64,000 nt of DNA from Oikopleura dioica (GCA_907165135.1 OU015567.1:15934001-15998000); one strand, 5' to 3'; shown: positions 11,359-25,687, counted from the stretch's first letter. Numbers and translations are program-made. Notes: generated by a model not told the origin, from the sequence alone.

Positions 11359-12493
11359 ATGAAGCTTTTCAACTCTTTTCTTTTCGCCGTCGCTCTTTCC
11401 CAAACTACCGAGGTGACTACTACCACTGGCGACGGTGATCTCGCTCGAAAGCGAAACAAGAAGAAGAAGAATTACACGACCACTGCTGCCCCAACAACGA
11501 CTGATTTCCCAACTACCACTGCTGCCCGAACAACGACCACCGAGGAGCCCACCACCACCACCGCCGCCCGGACCACGACGACTGAAGTTCGAACTACAAC
11601 GGAGGCAGCTCCCGTCTACACAACTACTTTCGCTCCTCAAGCTACCGATGCCCAAACCAATGTTTACTTCACTACCGGTTACGACCCAGCTCCCCAGCAA
11701 AATTACAACTACCAGGAGGAAAAGCCGGACAACAGTGATGCCGTCGTCGCTGCCATCCTCGACGCTGTTGTCGCCAACAGACCTCTACGACCAGAAAGCG
11801 ACGAGGAAGCGGCAGAATTGACTCGAAAAGAACAGCAGCCTGACTTTGCGCGATACTGTTGGCGATGCAACGTCGGTGGAAACTTCCGACTGGATAAGGC
11901 CGGTCTTGCCGCTGCGCAGAACAAGTGCGTCGCCGAGGGACACATCGAGGTCTGCTACAAGGGAAACAATGGCTGCTATACCGAAACTGTAAGTAACGCT
12001 CTTGAATGGGCAACTTCTGTATAAAACCTGAGTCAGAGTCCTAAGCGAGATAAAATAGAGATGTGCGTAGGGTAAAATAACCCTTTGCTTTTTTATATTG
12101 TCTTTTTGAGTGCTCTGAGTCAGGTTTTGTACACATGTCGCCGAGTCCAAATGACGCGGTTTTTTTACTGCGTATTTGAAATTAATCTTCTTGCAGCGAC
12201 TGAGCCCCGGCCAAGATGGCGAAACATTCCTGACGATGGTGGACATGGGCTGCCAGGATTACGATCAATGCAAGAAATCCCAAAACTACCTCTTCAAGCC
12301 AAAATATCCCCAGGTACAATCAAACCCTTACTCTCTCCTCTCTCTATCTTTCTCCTTCTAGTGCCAGCCCGAAGGAAAGCAGTCCCACTGCAAAAACTGC
12401 TGCGAAGGCGAGAAACAGTGCAACCTTGCATGGGTCGCCCGACGAGGACTCAACCAGAAAGATCTCAACGAATGGCGACATCATGAATATTGA
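11359..12493 (+). CDS. Secreted protein: signal peptide, Thr-rich mucin-like stalk, Ly6/uPAR three-finger-like Cys domain
   Basis: MKLFNSFLFAVALS signal; TTTAAPTTT repeats; spliced C-terminus YCWRC...C...C...MGC...C...CQ...CKNCCEGEKQCN (introns 11989-12196, 12314-12361). Confidence 0.7.
12002..12150. mobile_element. CTGGGCTCGG-family MITE copy, degenerate
   Basis: AAAACCTGAGTCAG left, CAGGTTTT...GCCGAG right; lies inside an intron. Confidence 0.65.
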
Positions 12494-13514
12494 GCTGTGT
12501 AAATTGATTTCAATCTCAAATAAATACACAAGAATTTTAAAATATCCTCAAATCATCCTCTTGCAGGCCTTCTTATCCACCTATTTTACACTGACACCCT
12601 TATTTTATTTTACGATTATTGAAATCCTAATCTCTTATCCGAGGCCCAGAATTTATTAATTCAAAAAATTTTTTCAAAGAAATTTGTTTGAAAAAAAACG
12701 ATCCAATCAAAAGTAAATGCCTTTAATTTTGGCAAGCAGTTCATTTTGTTTCCCTGTATGTTTCCCCTTTAAAAAATAATTGAAGCCTTCTTAATCGAAA
12801 AAGGGGCTCAATCGCGGATTGCAAGAGCTTATAGCTGGTATCTTCCAATGTATCTTTTAAGTCCAGCGGGAGAAAGAGAGAGTGTCTATTGTTCCAAATC
12901 GATCATTTACTTTATAAGTAATTTGCTTTTACCGCGCTGTTAAATTTTGATTATTTGGTCTACACATACAGTACTTGTGCTCGTTTTAATTTGCCGCTCC
13001 AGTTTCGATAGAGGAAGCGTTTTTGTGGTTTGATTTCTGCCAGAGAAGAAAATACGTCAGAACAGCAGGGATCCATCGGATTCGACAAAAATAGAAAAAA
13101 AAAAGTTGGAAAAGGCGCTAGTTTCCAAAAAAGAGCGCGCTCTTTGACAAGGTCCATTTGTGGCCGTCTGTTCCTTTTTCTAAATGCGTATGTCATTTTA
13201 AAGAAATAACAAGCACTCATTTTCACAAGCGAATAGTTCCTCGCTGCCAATTTAAATTCATTTTCGGGCTAGAAGAATCTTTCGACTGACCAACTCGCGA
13301 AAATCGAAGAGAAGCAAAAATCGTCCCTGCTGTTTTGCTCCGCTTAAAGAATGAATGATACAGTACGCGAATCGGCTAGAGCGATATTTGAGGTAATTTT
13401 GCAAATTTCATTTGATCCTTTTTCCGATTTTTTTGCCTTTTCTCAAAAAAAAATATGGAAAATTTTGAAATACAAACTTATAGTTCAGGGATAACACTGT
13501 TTTTGAGTTTTTAG

Positions 13515-13690
13515 CCGGGATCGGCCACCTGAGTAGAAAACCTGAGTGAGGTTCTGAAGAGACTATCTAACCATTACAAATTACTATGGCGGAGCCGTTT
13601 TGCGGCTTCGTTAAAAAAAAGCGGTACACGGCTTTGATTAAAGATCTTCAGACATTGACTCAGGTTTTCTACACAGGTTACCGAGCTCAG
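13515..13690. mobile_element. CTGGGCTCGG-family MITE with 8-bp TSD
   Basis: Flanks GTTTTTAG (13507-13514) and GTTTTCAG (13691-13698), 7/8 identical. Confidence 0.85.
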
Positions 13691-13915
13691 GTTTTCAGGG
13701 AATGATCACGTGATGCATGAATCTTATTCCCGAAAAAAAAAAAGAATCTGAATATGTCGATTTCGAGCTGTAATTAGTTTTCTTTTGTCAATATTTCTCT
13801 GGGCTGGGAGATTAATGTATCAAGAATGAAGGCTTATGTCAGGTTAAAATTGTTTATATTGATTATTTATCTTCGATATCAGCGGTTTTTAGATACATAA
13901 ACTATTATCTGAAAC

Positions 13916-14076
13916 CTGGGATCGGCAACCTGCGTAGAAAACCTGAGTCAGGGTCTGAGAGATCTTTAATGAAAAGCCGCTTTGCGACTTCGGTCTAAAA
14001 AAAGCCAATAAGCAGCTTGTCATTGAATATCTCTCAGACCCTGACTCAGGTTTTCTACACAGGTTTCCGAGCTCAG
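13916..14076. mobile_element. CTGGGCTCGG-family MITE copy
   Basis: Near-consensus TIRs at both ends. Confidence 0.8.
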
Positions 14077-14673
14077 TCTTCAAAATATTTCATTGAACGT
14101 TCAAAATTTGGGCCGCACTATTATTAATAATAATTTGTTATTCAAAAATACAATTGTAAACGTATCCATATCTAAAGCAAGCATTAGATGACTGTCCGAA
14201 CAGGACAAATTTCCATTTTCTTCCACCGCAGTTATTGGATTTTTTCGATTTCGAATCGCTTCTGTGTTCAATCATTTTTGCTGAAAATGCAATGAGAGCT
14301 TTCAATGGTAGGTATTTGGTGCAACAGCTTGACTGCGCTTTCAAGCTTGACAGGCTCAAAAAGAGAAGAAAAAGTTTATTGCGTTTCGTCGCCTTCAGAA
14401 AGTGACATTATAATGGAAGGAAATTCTCGGCCGTTATTTCGCCAGTCTAAATTTCGCTAGAGACTGGACCCGTTTTTGAGAGAAAGAAATATGCCTTCCC
14501 AAATCAAAATTAATATTCAGGATTCAACGCATTTTATTCAAGTAAGAAAATCTTAGAATTTTTCTAAAGCATTCCTCTTTATCTAAAACCCATTTGTTGT
14601 TTTTCAAATATGGGCCCTAACTCCACTAGAATCTCCTAAAATTTGACCTTGAATTTGTTGGCCTATAATTTAA

Positions 14674-14886
14674 CCCTGCCCCGCCAAATGCACCTCAGGA
14701 GGTGCATTTTTCGATTTTTCAAATTTTCAATCGTTCATAATTTCTTCTAAACGATGTGATTTTTTTGAAATAATCCCTTATTCAAGAGAACTCTTCAGTA
14801 TCTTTAATATACTGTGAGAGTGAAAGTTCAAACTAAGTTGAACACCCGAAAAAACCGTTTCGAAAATTGCATTTGGCGGGGCAGGG
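14674..14886. mobile_element. piggyBac-like MITE (TTAA / CCC...GGG / TTAA)
   Basis: TTAA-CCCTGCCCCGCCAAATGCA ... TGCATTTGGCGGGGCAGGG-TTAA. Confidence 0.8.
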
Positions 14887-14908
14887 TTAAGGGGGCGGTC
14901 TGGGTTAA

Positions 14909-15568
14909 GGGGGAGGTCGTCGAGAAATTTTTTTTCGCCTTTTCAAAATTTTGATTATATTTTAGGATTCCTCGATAAAAAAGGAGTATTTTTGGTCCCT
15001 AGCTTTTTCTCAATTTGTTAACTTTTTAATGTAAAATTTTCGATTTTCAGTCTCGAACTTGAAATTTCTTGAAAATTATTAGTTGGTGATTTCGTCCAAA
15101 AACTATCTGAAACTGATAATTATGCACTAGGCATTGTTTTAATATGATTTCTGACTAATTATTTAAAATAAATACGAGTCTTTGTAATTTTTGAAGAAAT
15201 TTCCATGAAAAAATGGGTAAAAATGTCGATTTTGACGAAAATCGAATATTTTTAATCAATAAGAAAATTTTTTTTATGAAAGTAACCCTTAATTTTATGA
15301 TCGCCGGTTAATGTTTAAGGGTCTAAACTATTTATAAATTATATTTGATGAAGAAAAAAAAACTCGGTTTTCGAGATTTTTTGGTCACGAGACACCCCCA
15401 CTTCAACCTTAATTTTTGGAAAATTTTTCGAAAAAATTTTTTTTCTGCTTTTCGCCGGTTAATTTTTCAAACCCTTTTCTTTCAATCTGAAAAGTCAGAA
15501 TTTTCCTATCTTATCGGGTTTCTCCGCATTTTTGGTCACGGAAATCCCGATTCTCGTCGACCTCCCCC
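14909..15568. mobile_element. TTAA-flanked non-autonomous element with GG...CC termini (Kolobok-like)
   Basis: TTAA-GGGGGAGGTCGTCGAGAA ... TTCTCGTCGACCTCCCCC-TTAA (17/18 TIR match). Confidence 0.75.
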
Positions 15569-17057
15569 TTAAGCGACAATTTTTTATGAGAAATTTTGTC
15601 GCAGGGCTACCGCCCTAAAAGTGCATGCAGCATGCTAAAAGAGAAATTAATTATTAAACCCATTTAAAGATTTCTAATGGGTTTGAGGCAACTAATTTTT
15701 GCTCTAGAACTCTTTCTTAGCCTCATTTATATACTTAAATCATTTTGACAACTTAGGGTATACATGGAGAAAACCCTGTTTGAAATTTTCGAAAAGGTCG
15801 ACGGGGGGATCCCTAATACTCAATTTTAAGGGCCCCCAGATTAAGGGCCTACTCTCAGGTCAACCTGAGAAGCTGCTTAAAACCTTCCAAATCAATTTGT
15901 CCAGTATTGTTCTCTCGTAAATCCCGAGATTTACTTATAATACTCAGTTTAAGATTTATGACGGCTTATCAGGGCTGGAACGGGTTAACGTAAATATTTC
16001 GCTCTCCAAAAGCGCAATCCAAGGAGCTTTTTGGAGAGACGAAATCTTTTGTAGAAGAAAAAATATTTCTTATTCGCGAATGGAGTATTATTCCTTTTCT
16101 TTTCTATTCAGCGTCTTTCGAAAGTCTGATCGAGTTGGGTAAAAGCATCATTTTATACTTTCATTGGACTATTAATCCTCGTCAAATTGCCTCGGAGGAG
16201 ATTGATTTCTTTCCTTCTTTTCTGACTTAGGCCTTTGAAGAGGAGGAGGATGAACCTGCTGAATCTAACTGTAAGCGCCCTTCCTGCCGTATTTGTTTAA
16301 AGAGAATACTTCCATCACATCAATCTTTGCCTCTATAAATTAGACTTCTTTTCAATTAATTTTTCCTTGTGACTTTTTCTCGCCCAGAAGAGTCGAAATC
16401 GAAAAAACATCTTCGAAAAATATTTAAAAACGTAGTTGACCAAATGGAACAAAGTCAACAGAGAACACGTAAAAGGGCTTTTTTATAAGATCAAGTCGAT
16501 TTTCGCCCAACGGAGACAGTAACGTTTTTTACGGAGAGAAATTGCCCAAACGACGAAAAATATGAAAAATATCAAGTTGTTGTGCTAGATCGGCTACTAA
16601 AACAATAAAATGCTTCCTTTGGTAAGGCCAGTTGATCGAAAGGGTTCAAGTTATTGATTCGGGCATCCTAAAATTGAAATTTTCGGAATATCTTTGAAGG
16701 TAAAATTTTGAAAGTTTTTAGGGTATCAGCGTTATGTCGCTGTTTGAAACCTTAATTTGGCGATTTAAGGTCGATTACTTAAGGGTATCCCCGAGTTAAC
16801 ATATTTTTGCTTTAGATGTCTTTCAAAGCTATATTGAATATCAAAATCTTTTGGTCTTCTTAGGGTATACATGGAGATAACGTTGGTTGAAATTTTCATC
16901 GACGGAGAGATCCTTTATAATAAATTCATTCAATAGTCGCAGGAAAAAGGGTCCTAAGCTTGAGGACTAGGCCCAGTGAGTAGCCCTGGTAGCCCTTATC
17001 CCAACCCTAAGGATAAAATGCAGCAGCTAATGTTCTATGGGCTAACTTTTGTTCTAG

Positions 17058-19062
17058 ACGATTGTGTCGCCGATTATATACGTGATTATATCTCTGATTG
17101 GGCTAATTGGCAATGGAATGGTGGTATATATTTTCTGGAACAAGCGGCGCGGATCTGCAGGTAAACCTTTAAATCGTTTTCAATTCGTCTGTTTCTGCCT
17201 TTCATCTCCCTATTTGGCTGGCGATCAGCGGCGCTTATCATTAACAGCTCATCGATAGTTGATACGTTGGTCTTAAATCTGGCGCTGGCCGATTTCTTGT
17301 ACTGCATCTCGCTGCTCTTCATGGCCCGTTCGCTCTCGATGAACGGCGAATGGGACCTGGGCGAGCTGCTTTGCAAACTCACTTCCTCCTGGACGATCAT
17401 TTGCATCTACGCCTCCGGTGACTTGAATAGAAAGAAGTAGTAAACTAACATTATTGAATAATCGACAGTTTGGCTGCTGGTCGCACTTTCCTTCGATCGC
17501 TACTTCGCGGTGTGCAATCCGGTACGCGCGCGCAACCTCAGGAGCCAGCGAAATACCACAAGACTGGTCATCTGCTGCTGGGTCCTCAGTTGTCTCCTCG
17601 CGCTGCCCACTTTTATTTTCCGCTCTACCAAGCCGCAGAACTTTCACATAGAACAAATGAACAAAAGTGCAAGCATAAATTCTTCTGAAGTTGAAGAGGT
17701 AAAACAACTAATCAATCAAAGGGGTATTTTAATAACCAAGTCCATTATTTAATGAATTTTGCTGAATATCTAGGTTCCTCTGAGCGTTAAATTCAATACT
17801 CAAATACCAGTTGAAGAAGTGAATGGCAAGAGCCATATAAAACGCTCCTTAATTTTTATAACATTCATCTCTCTTTTGAAAATTCTTGAAGGCAAAACGC
17901 AAAATTTGTTAACCCCTTCTACTATCGGAGAAAATTTGATCAAAGATTTTTTCATTAATTTCGACTTGAAGGAGCCTTTAAAATGCTCGTGGAGATGGCC
18001 CGGGAGGTCAATCGAAGTGGCCTTCTATCTGCAGAAGTCGGTATTCTCGTACATCCTCCCTGTCCTGCTCATTCTTCTTTGGTAGGGCTGCAAGTGACCA
18101 CAACCGTAAAAAACTCTTAGCTACGGAAACATCATCCAGACGCTTCAAAATGTGACTTCGATGACCTCCGCGCGGCGCGAAAAAATCAACAAGACGATTC
18201 TCATCGTTGTCACCGCCTTTATCATTTCATGGCTTCCGAATCACGTGTTCAGGTAACCGCCCGCGGTTAAATTAATTTATATTTGTTCTAGCTTGTATAT
18301 TATCTGCATTCCACACGAGAAAATGAGCCAAAACATCAACACTCTCTTGCTCATTAATTCCGTCACTCAAATTCTAGCCAGCTCAAACGCCTCCATGAAC
18401 CCCTTTATTTACGGTATGGCAGACAGATTTGGAAATTTAGCTAAGCAAATCATAGCTGGCGGAGTTTCAGCTGAGCTAAGCTGAGTCGAAAGTTATTTGC
18501 CTAAGCCAAGCTTAGCTTAGTTTAGCTTTTATAATTTTTCTCTTAGCTAAGCTTAGCTGAGTTTTATAGATCCAGCTAAGCTATCTAAAATAATATGTAG
18601 TAATTTTTTCATAAGTTTGAGTCAAAAAAGCTTAGCTTAGGTAGATAATAAGCTAAGCAGACTTAGCTGACTAATATTGAGCTAACTAATAGATTCACTA
18701 AGCCAAGCCTAGCTAACCCGGCAGCTTAGCTTTCTTAGCTTGAAAATTTGCAACTCTGAAAGGAGGAGTTGACAATCCTGGTTTATAAAATTCTAGCATT
18801 TTCGCGAAAATCGGTGAATGAAGAAATGGTCCGGATCATGACACTGTTCTGCCGCCGACTGGCACCGGTGGACAACAGAAGGGCGCACAAACCACACAAA
18901 GATGAAGTTTCATCCGACCAGTCAACTCCCATAGTCAAAGGTGGGGAGCAACAGAAATGACGAAGAAACTATTTTTCAGAGCCCAATGGAGTCGAGCCGC
19001 ATACAGAGCATTCGATGCTTGTAATCAGCTCCCAGTCGCACACAAGAACGACGATAAGTTGA
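17058..19062 (+). CDS. Class A peptide-type GPCR (5' exon not located)
   Basis: GLIGNGMV (TM1), LNLALAD (TM2), SFDRYFAVCNP (TM3), FIISWLP (TM6), NASMNPFIYAFS (TM7) across GT-AG-spliced exons. Confidence 0.85.
18424..18758. mobile_element. hAT-like MITE with TTAGC/GCTAA arrays filling a GPCR intron
   Basis: CAGATTTGGAAATTT ... AAATTTGCAACTCTG ends; same family as 51845-52437. Confidence 0.6.
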
Positions 19063-19245
19063 ACTCCTTATTGAGAAAGACAGAAAACAAGCCGAAGCCC
19101 TTCTCTTTGCCAAAATAGTCTCTTTGTTTACAAAAATTTTTCTTCCGAAGTTCAAACGCCTTTACTTCAACTTCACATTAAAATTAAAAGAAAACAATTT
19201 ATAATTTCATAACAATTTGCAACTTTCAGCTTTTCTTTTAAATTT

Positions 19246-20721
19246 TCAGAGAAAGTAAGGTCGAAGTAGATCGTGTTTTCTTGCGCCAGAGATCCAGTCG
19301 TCTCGCCTTAGAAGTAGCTAGTAACTTGAAATTGTCCTTCAAAACTTACGTTAAATAAAGACCAGAAACCCGTCGCCTCCCCGTAAAAGCTGTTCTTCCA
19401 TGCATAACTCGAAAGTTATCGACGAGCAAAACTGTTCCTGGAGGCAAACGGCGCTGAAAATTTATTTCCCCAGATTCGATGATCTTTCCCAGCTTTGTGT
19501 AGTGATAATAAAACTCGTCGATGTCAGCTACCGGAATGGGACACCGATCGTGATTGTTGAAACGAAGGCGGAAAATTTCCTTCCTGAATTTTTCATTTTT
19601 TGGAAAAAGAGAAAACTTTACGTTATTGGATTTCTGGAGAGAACAGTTCCGATCGAACGGACATGCGAGCCAGGCGTGCTCTTATCAATGTACTCGTGCA
19701 TCAGCTGATAATTCGACAAGAATTCAACACTTTCTGAAGACTCTTCGTTCAGAAGCTCGATTGCCTTGAATCCGTCCCCGAGCATGGTCTCGCCTCCTTC
19801 CCCTTCGTGCTCCAAAACGTGAAAGGCTTGAATGCCCATCGGCTCGTTGTAGTAAGTAGCATCTGTGTGCAGTCCGAGCGCGATATTTGTGTAGGCTTGA
19901 ATACATTTAAAAATGGTCAAAAGCAAAAATTATTTTTGAAAACCTGTGTCAGGCTTGGCCAAATCCGCTGTGAAGGACCAATCTTCTCCGAAGCAATTAG
20001 GCTGCGTAACGGTCAACGCTCGGCAAGCTCTGACTGTACCCTCATGTCTGGGCTCGTCGACCTGAGTAAAAAGGCTGAGTCGGGGTCTGAAAAAAAAACT
20101 TTTTAAAACCGCGAAGTTTGAAATAACCATTTCAATCTATTTCCTTTTATCATATACTACGCTGCTTTTACTTAAGTTTTTTCAGATCCTGAGTCAGGTT
20201 TTCTACTCAGGTTGGCGAGCCCAGCCTCGTGTTCCGTCGGCGTCCCAGAAATATAAGCAAATCCGTGCTTCAAAAGATTCGTGAAAACTTTGCGTCGTTC
20301 TTCCTCGCGAGATTCCTCTGAAACCAGTTTTTGGTAATCAGCTGGTTCTGGATTAGGAGCAGAGTTTCGGTCCCACAGCTCGTGAATCGGATCGAAAAGG
20401 CCTTGTTTAGAAATTGGATTTGAAAGCTGAGAAAGCAGTGATTTTTCGAAGACCCTTGTTGTCCCGTCGCTCCATCGTATTTTCACTGAAAAAGAATGAC
20501 GAAATTATTGATTGCTTCAAACCGCTGTCCTCGTTGTCATCAATCGAGTGAACTTTCGGCAACTCTTTTCCCCACTTTTCAAAAGTCGGAAACTGCCGCT
20601 GCACTGTCTCTGTCATGTAGTTATCGTTGTCCAGAAGCCAAAAAGAAGGAAATTCCACATTTTTTCCATTCAGGGAAAAACGCACTTTTTCGGAGAAGTT
20701 TCTAACAATTCTTTTTATCAT
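19246..20721 (-). CDS. TMLHE: Trimethyllysine dioxygenase (TMLHE/BBOX family)
   Basis: AYTNIALGLHTDATYYNEPMGIQAFH (HxD), GGETMLGDGF, VDNFRVMHGR, YLTRDDW; closer to TMLHE than BBOX1 by motif recall. Confidence 0.85.
20048..20224. mobile_element. CTGGGCTCGG-family MITE inside the TMLHE coding region, forming a GC-AG intron
   Basis: TSD CCTCATGT (20040-20047) / CCTCGTGT (20225-20232); minus-strand intron 20225-20041. Confidence 0.9.
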
Positions 20722-21229
20722 TTTTTTTCTTTGTGAGATTTTTGAGAGACGCTCTGGTCAAATATTACTGTCCAAAGCATAAATAAACAAACTGCTAGTT
20801 TTTCGCAATTCTTTTAAGTTGCAAGCCAGAAAGAAACGGACCAACACAAGAAAAGGAAGTGATTTTCTGGATCCGATTTTTAATCCCAGAAGCCTCATTT
20901 TCCAAGAGCGAAATTTTGAAGAATCACTTACGAATTTGAGGAGTTCAATTTTCGCTCGCATTCAAGTTCGCGATGGTGATTTTCTTTGACCGCTCTTACA
21001 TATTCGTTGTTTCTCTACAAAAGTTGCACATAGCACTAAATATTTCCTCACTCGATTCACCCTATTGTCGATTTTCTCCATGTGGTTGACGTTGACCGGT
21101 TTGTCATCTTCGTCTTCGGAATTTTGTGGTCCCATTGTTTTCTTTCGAAATTTCTCTTTTATTCTTGAGAATTTAATTTTGATGATTTGTCATTGAGCGG
21201 AAGAAGTGATTTAGATGCGTTTTACTCAG

Positions 21230-21380
21230 TTGGGTTCGGCAACCTGTGTAAGAAACCTGAGTCAGGGTCTGAACAATATTTAATGAAAATCCGCGCAGCG
21301 TCTTCGCAAAATTTATTTCTCAATATATTTTTAAAAAGCCGCTGAAGTATCTTTCAGATTTTGACTCAGGTTTCTTATAG
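21230..21380. mobile_element. CTGGGCTCGG-family MITE copy, right end truncated
   Basis: Left TIR intact; right TIR stops after CAGGTTTCTTA. Confidence 0.7.
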
Positions 21381-21699
21381 TAACTTTCTAATACAGTCTT
21401 GATTTTTTCATCTGGGATGAGTTTTTATTTGCGAAATGGGCGGATTGTGGCTCGATCCATTTAGGACGATTCATAACTTGGGAAATTGAGTTTCATTTAC
21501 ATTTGGAATTTAATTTCAAGAACTGTCGAGGATGAGAATATTTACAGAATGCAAGTTAGTGAGAAAGTCTTGGCATGGAGTGGTCAGCTCCGCCGGGTAA
21601 AACTTGGTTTTTCCTCAGTTGCTTTCGCTTTTGATAAGTTGACGTTCCCTCAATTTGTTTCTCGGCGATCATTGCGTCTTGCTGTTGCTAAAGTAACTA

Positions 21700-23760
21700 T
21701 CAACATTCGCTTTTTAAAGTGATCAAACCTGCAGTGCTCTTTTTTGAGCGAGTCTGTCTTCGTAAGAATCGGGAGCGGGCACTTTCAATTTCTTATTCGG
21801 AGGTTGTCAGCCGTGCTTTGGAAAGATCAGCTTCCAGGCGTCGCCTTAAAAATTAACAACCTCTTCCTGCGTGTTTCGGGCGTTCGCTCGAGGGCGCGTC
21901 GGGTCAAGACTGCGCGCGATATTGCGCCCGTGGTGGCGAGCTACGAGGACCACCACGCACAAAACCAGGAAGCTTTAAATTCATGTTTGGAGTGAATTCA
22001 AGGGAGTAGCAAGCTTACCCCATCAACGAGCCAAGGATTGCGACAATTGTGTTTGTGACGGTGATCGGGTTCTTTTCCTGAATCCTTATGTAGGTAACTT
22101 CCTTCGGCTTTCCGTCTTCTATCAAAATCTTGCCGAACTCCAGCGCGGAGCTGATTTTGCTCGGCCTCTCGTCCAAAATCAGCTCAGGAACGCCACTTCG
22201 TGATCTTCTCTTCATTTGATACAGCGGACGATTTTGCTCCAAAAGCCAAAAGTCCGCCGAAGTCACGTTGCAGGACTTGTGTTTGTAGCGCTTGAAGTCT
22301 TCTGTTGCCTCCACCTTTCAAAATAAATCTACTGGTGATTAGTAAAACTGTACTTTGAGTTTTTTGTAAGCATCCGGTCCCATGATAAACTGACTAATTC
22401 TATCCAGCGCATCTGCAAGTTCAGCGTCTTGAAGTCCATTTTCTAGCTTTCGAAGAAGAACATCTATCCAATTCTAAAAATAAGAAGCGTTGAATCGAGG
22501 CAATCATCATCAAAAGAAGCGAAACAGAAACTGACTCACTTGACCATAATATTCTCGATATTTTAGTTTTCGCTCTCTATCAATTTCAGTTTCATTTATT
22601 TCGTCTTCGGCTTCAAAATTTCCATCCTCTCGTTTCCTAAATTACGTTCAAATCTTTTTGTTCCGTTGACAAATGAAAAACCTCCGGCTTAAAACAGTTG
22701 CGACTTGATTTTTCCAAGAGTTTATCTCTTCAACTGTAAATAACTGGTCTGCTGGCTTCTTCGTTCCGTAAATATCCGGCAAAATATGCCTCGCTTTTCT
22801 GATACTCGCCTCACTAAAGTTTTTGGTTTCGGTTGTGATCTACACAGTCAATTCAACCTGTTTCCCTCGCGATTATTCGCCTGAAAAAGGCAATCTTGCA
22901 GCTCTGGCGACTTGGCAACAAATTTTCGCTTGCATTCTGCCCGGGCTTGTTGACGGTTTTTGCGAATTTCACTCGGGGTAAGATGCGATTCTTGCGTGCT
23001 CTCTTCGACAGTTTCTGTTTTCATCGTTGAACTCGTCACAGGAAAAGTCGTTCGTGTGATGGGCACTGTTCGTACTCCTATTCGACCCTCGGTTACTTTC
23101 TCAGGCTCGACTATTTCTTCTCTGAAAATGAGATTTTATTTTACATTAAATTTATAAATCTCTGGTTTCAAGAATTCACCTAGTAAAGACTTCCTCAAAA
23201 GAAAAAATACTAATTAAAAGGGATAAACAAAATTATATTAAAAGGTGGCTCCCGAATCATGCAAAAAATGACACTTAGATTGGAAGTTCATTTTGAGCAA
23301 CTTACACTTCTTCCTCTATTTCGTTTTCTTCTTCAAGAGGAATTGGTACGTCTGGAAGAGACATGTCTATGTCCATGTTCATATAGTAGTTGTTGGGATC
23401 GTATTGAAAATCTTCGGGCTCTTCAATTTCCTCTTCGCCGGAGTACGAATCATCGTACAAGTCTTGGAAGGATATTTGGTTGTTTGGATCTTTCGCCCTG
23501 TCGAGTTTCTCTCGCAAAACTGTTAGACTCTTCCCTCGGTAGAGTTTTTCAATAAAGCCGCTTCCATTTCCGGGCAAGTTTTCAATCGTCTTGCAAAGTT
23601 GGGACCAGTGTTGCTTCTCAGCTGCTGTGTAATCTCTCCTTTCAGGCTCGCTCTCGAAAGCGAAATTCTTCTGAAAAATAAAAAACAAAAAACTCTTCAT
23701 TTTTCAAGGCTCCTGTCGTGTACTCTACTTTTGCCTTTCTATCTGTGTTCCAATGGCACT
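21700..23760 (-). CDS. Uncharacterised multi-exon protein with one predicted TM helix
   Basis: Open exon-sized ORFs 23302-23700, 22848-23066, 22015-22314 with GT/AG borders; TIVAILGSLM...SWFLCVVVLVAR hydrophobic stretch. Boundaries approximate. Confidence 0.45.
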
Positions 23761-24559
23761 AGAAAAGCGCTACAGTCAGACTCGTTAAAAATTCATTTGC
23801 GCGCTGTTGCCCTGAATCCTGATATCGTCCTGAAAATTTAATGCCGAGCATTTCCAGAAGTGAATTCTGATCTTTCTCCGGATATCGTTTAATTTTCAAT
23901 TCAATCAGATGAAAACAAGACAAGATTGGGCATGAATTTATTCATCTAACTTGCTGCGTTTGGAACTGAATGAGCCGACAGTACAAGGCAAGAACATGGT
24001 CAGGACAGACTGAGCATTGAGTCCGTTAAAAATGATGATGTGGCGCAGGAAGGACGAGGGAAGGCGAACGGTGCATTTTTATTTCGTGGCTGGCAAGAGC
24101 ATCTTTGTACCTAAATTTTTGTTTACACAATATAAACCGCGAATAAAAAGGGGGTCCCTATTTTCAGAGGCAATTTAGCGGACTCAACATTTCCCCAAAG
24201 GATTACCATTTTTACGGGTAACCATCACTCCACCTTGGCAATTATCTTCATAATGTCAAGGGGGTCGACCTATTACTTTAAGAAGGTAGTTTACCTTCCT
24301 TTGTTTCTAATTTACTTGTTTCCTTTCGTTTTCCTTATGTTACAACTCTTTGTGTTGATACCTGTATTTATTACTGTATCTTTAAATAAACTATCAGAAA
24401 AAAAACACCTCGCGGAACTACCGATCAAATCTCGCAAATGGGGGCATAAGGATGATGAGGCCTTTGATTTGACCATTTGCAGCCAGCCCTCGCCTCAGAC
24501 CGAGGTTTTCGATGCCCCAGTTACCAAATCTGATCGTTATTTTCCCATTTGCGGGATCC

Positions 24560-25390
<831 letters not shown>

Positions 25391-25687
25391 AATAGACGCG
25401 TCAGAGCCGCAATGCTTCAAAATTATTAACGCTAGGATTATAAACCCGCTTTTCAGCTAAAACGCAAAAATTAACCGCGTGGTTATTTTTGCACGTGTGG
25501 ATTCTTTTCTTTACCTGGCGAGAAAAAGCTCTGCACGCGGCAGAATGGGCAGAAATTAATAAACTGGCTGGTCCATTTTGCATTTGCGGAGTCGACTTTT
25601 CAGGGATGAATTATTTCAATGAAAATCAGTTTTATTCGGTTTTTTATCTTCTTTATTCATTATTGTTCCAAAACATCAATTTTATAA

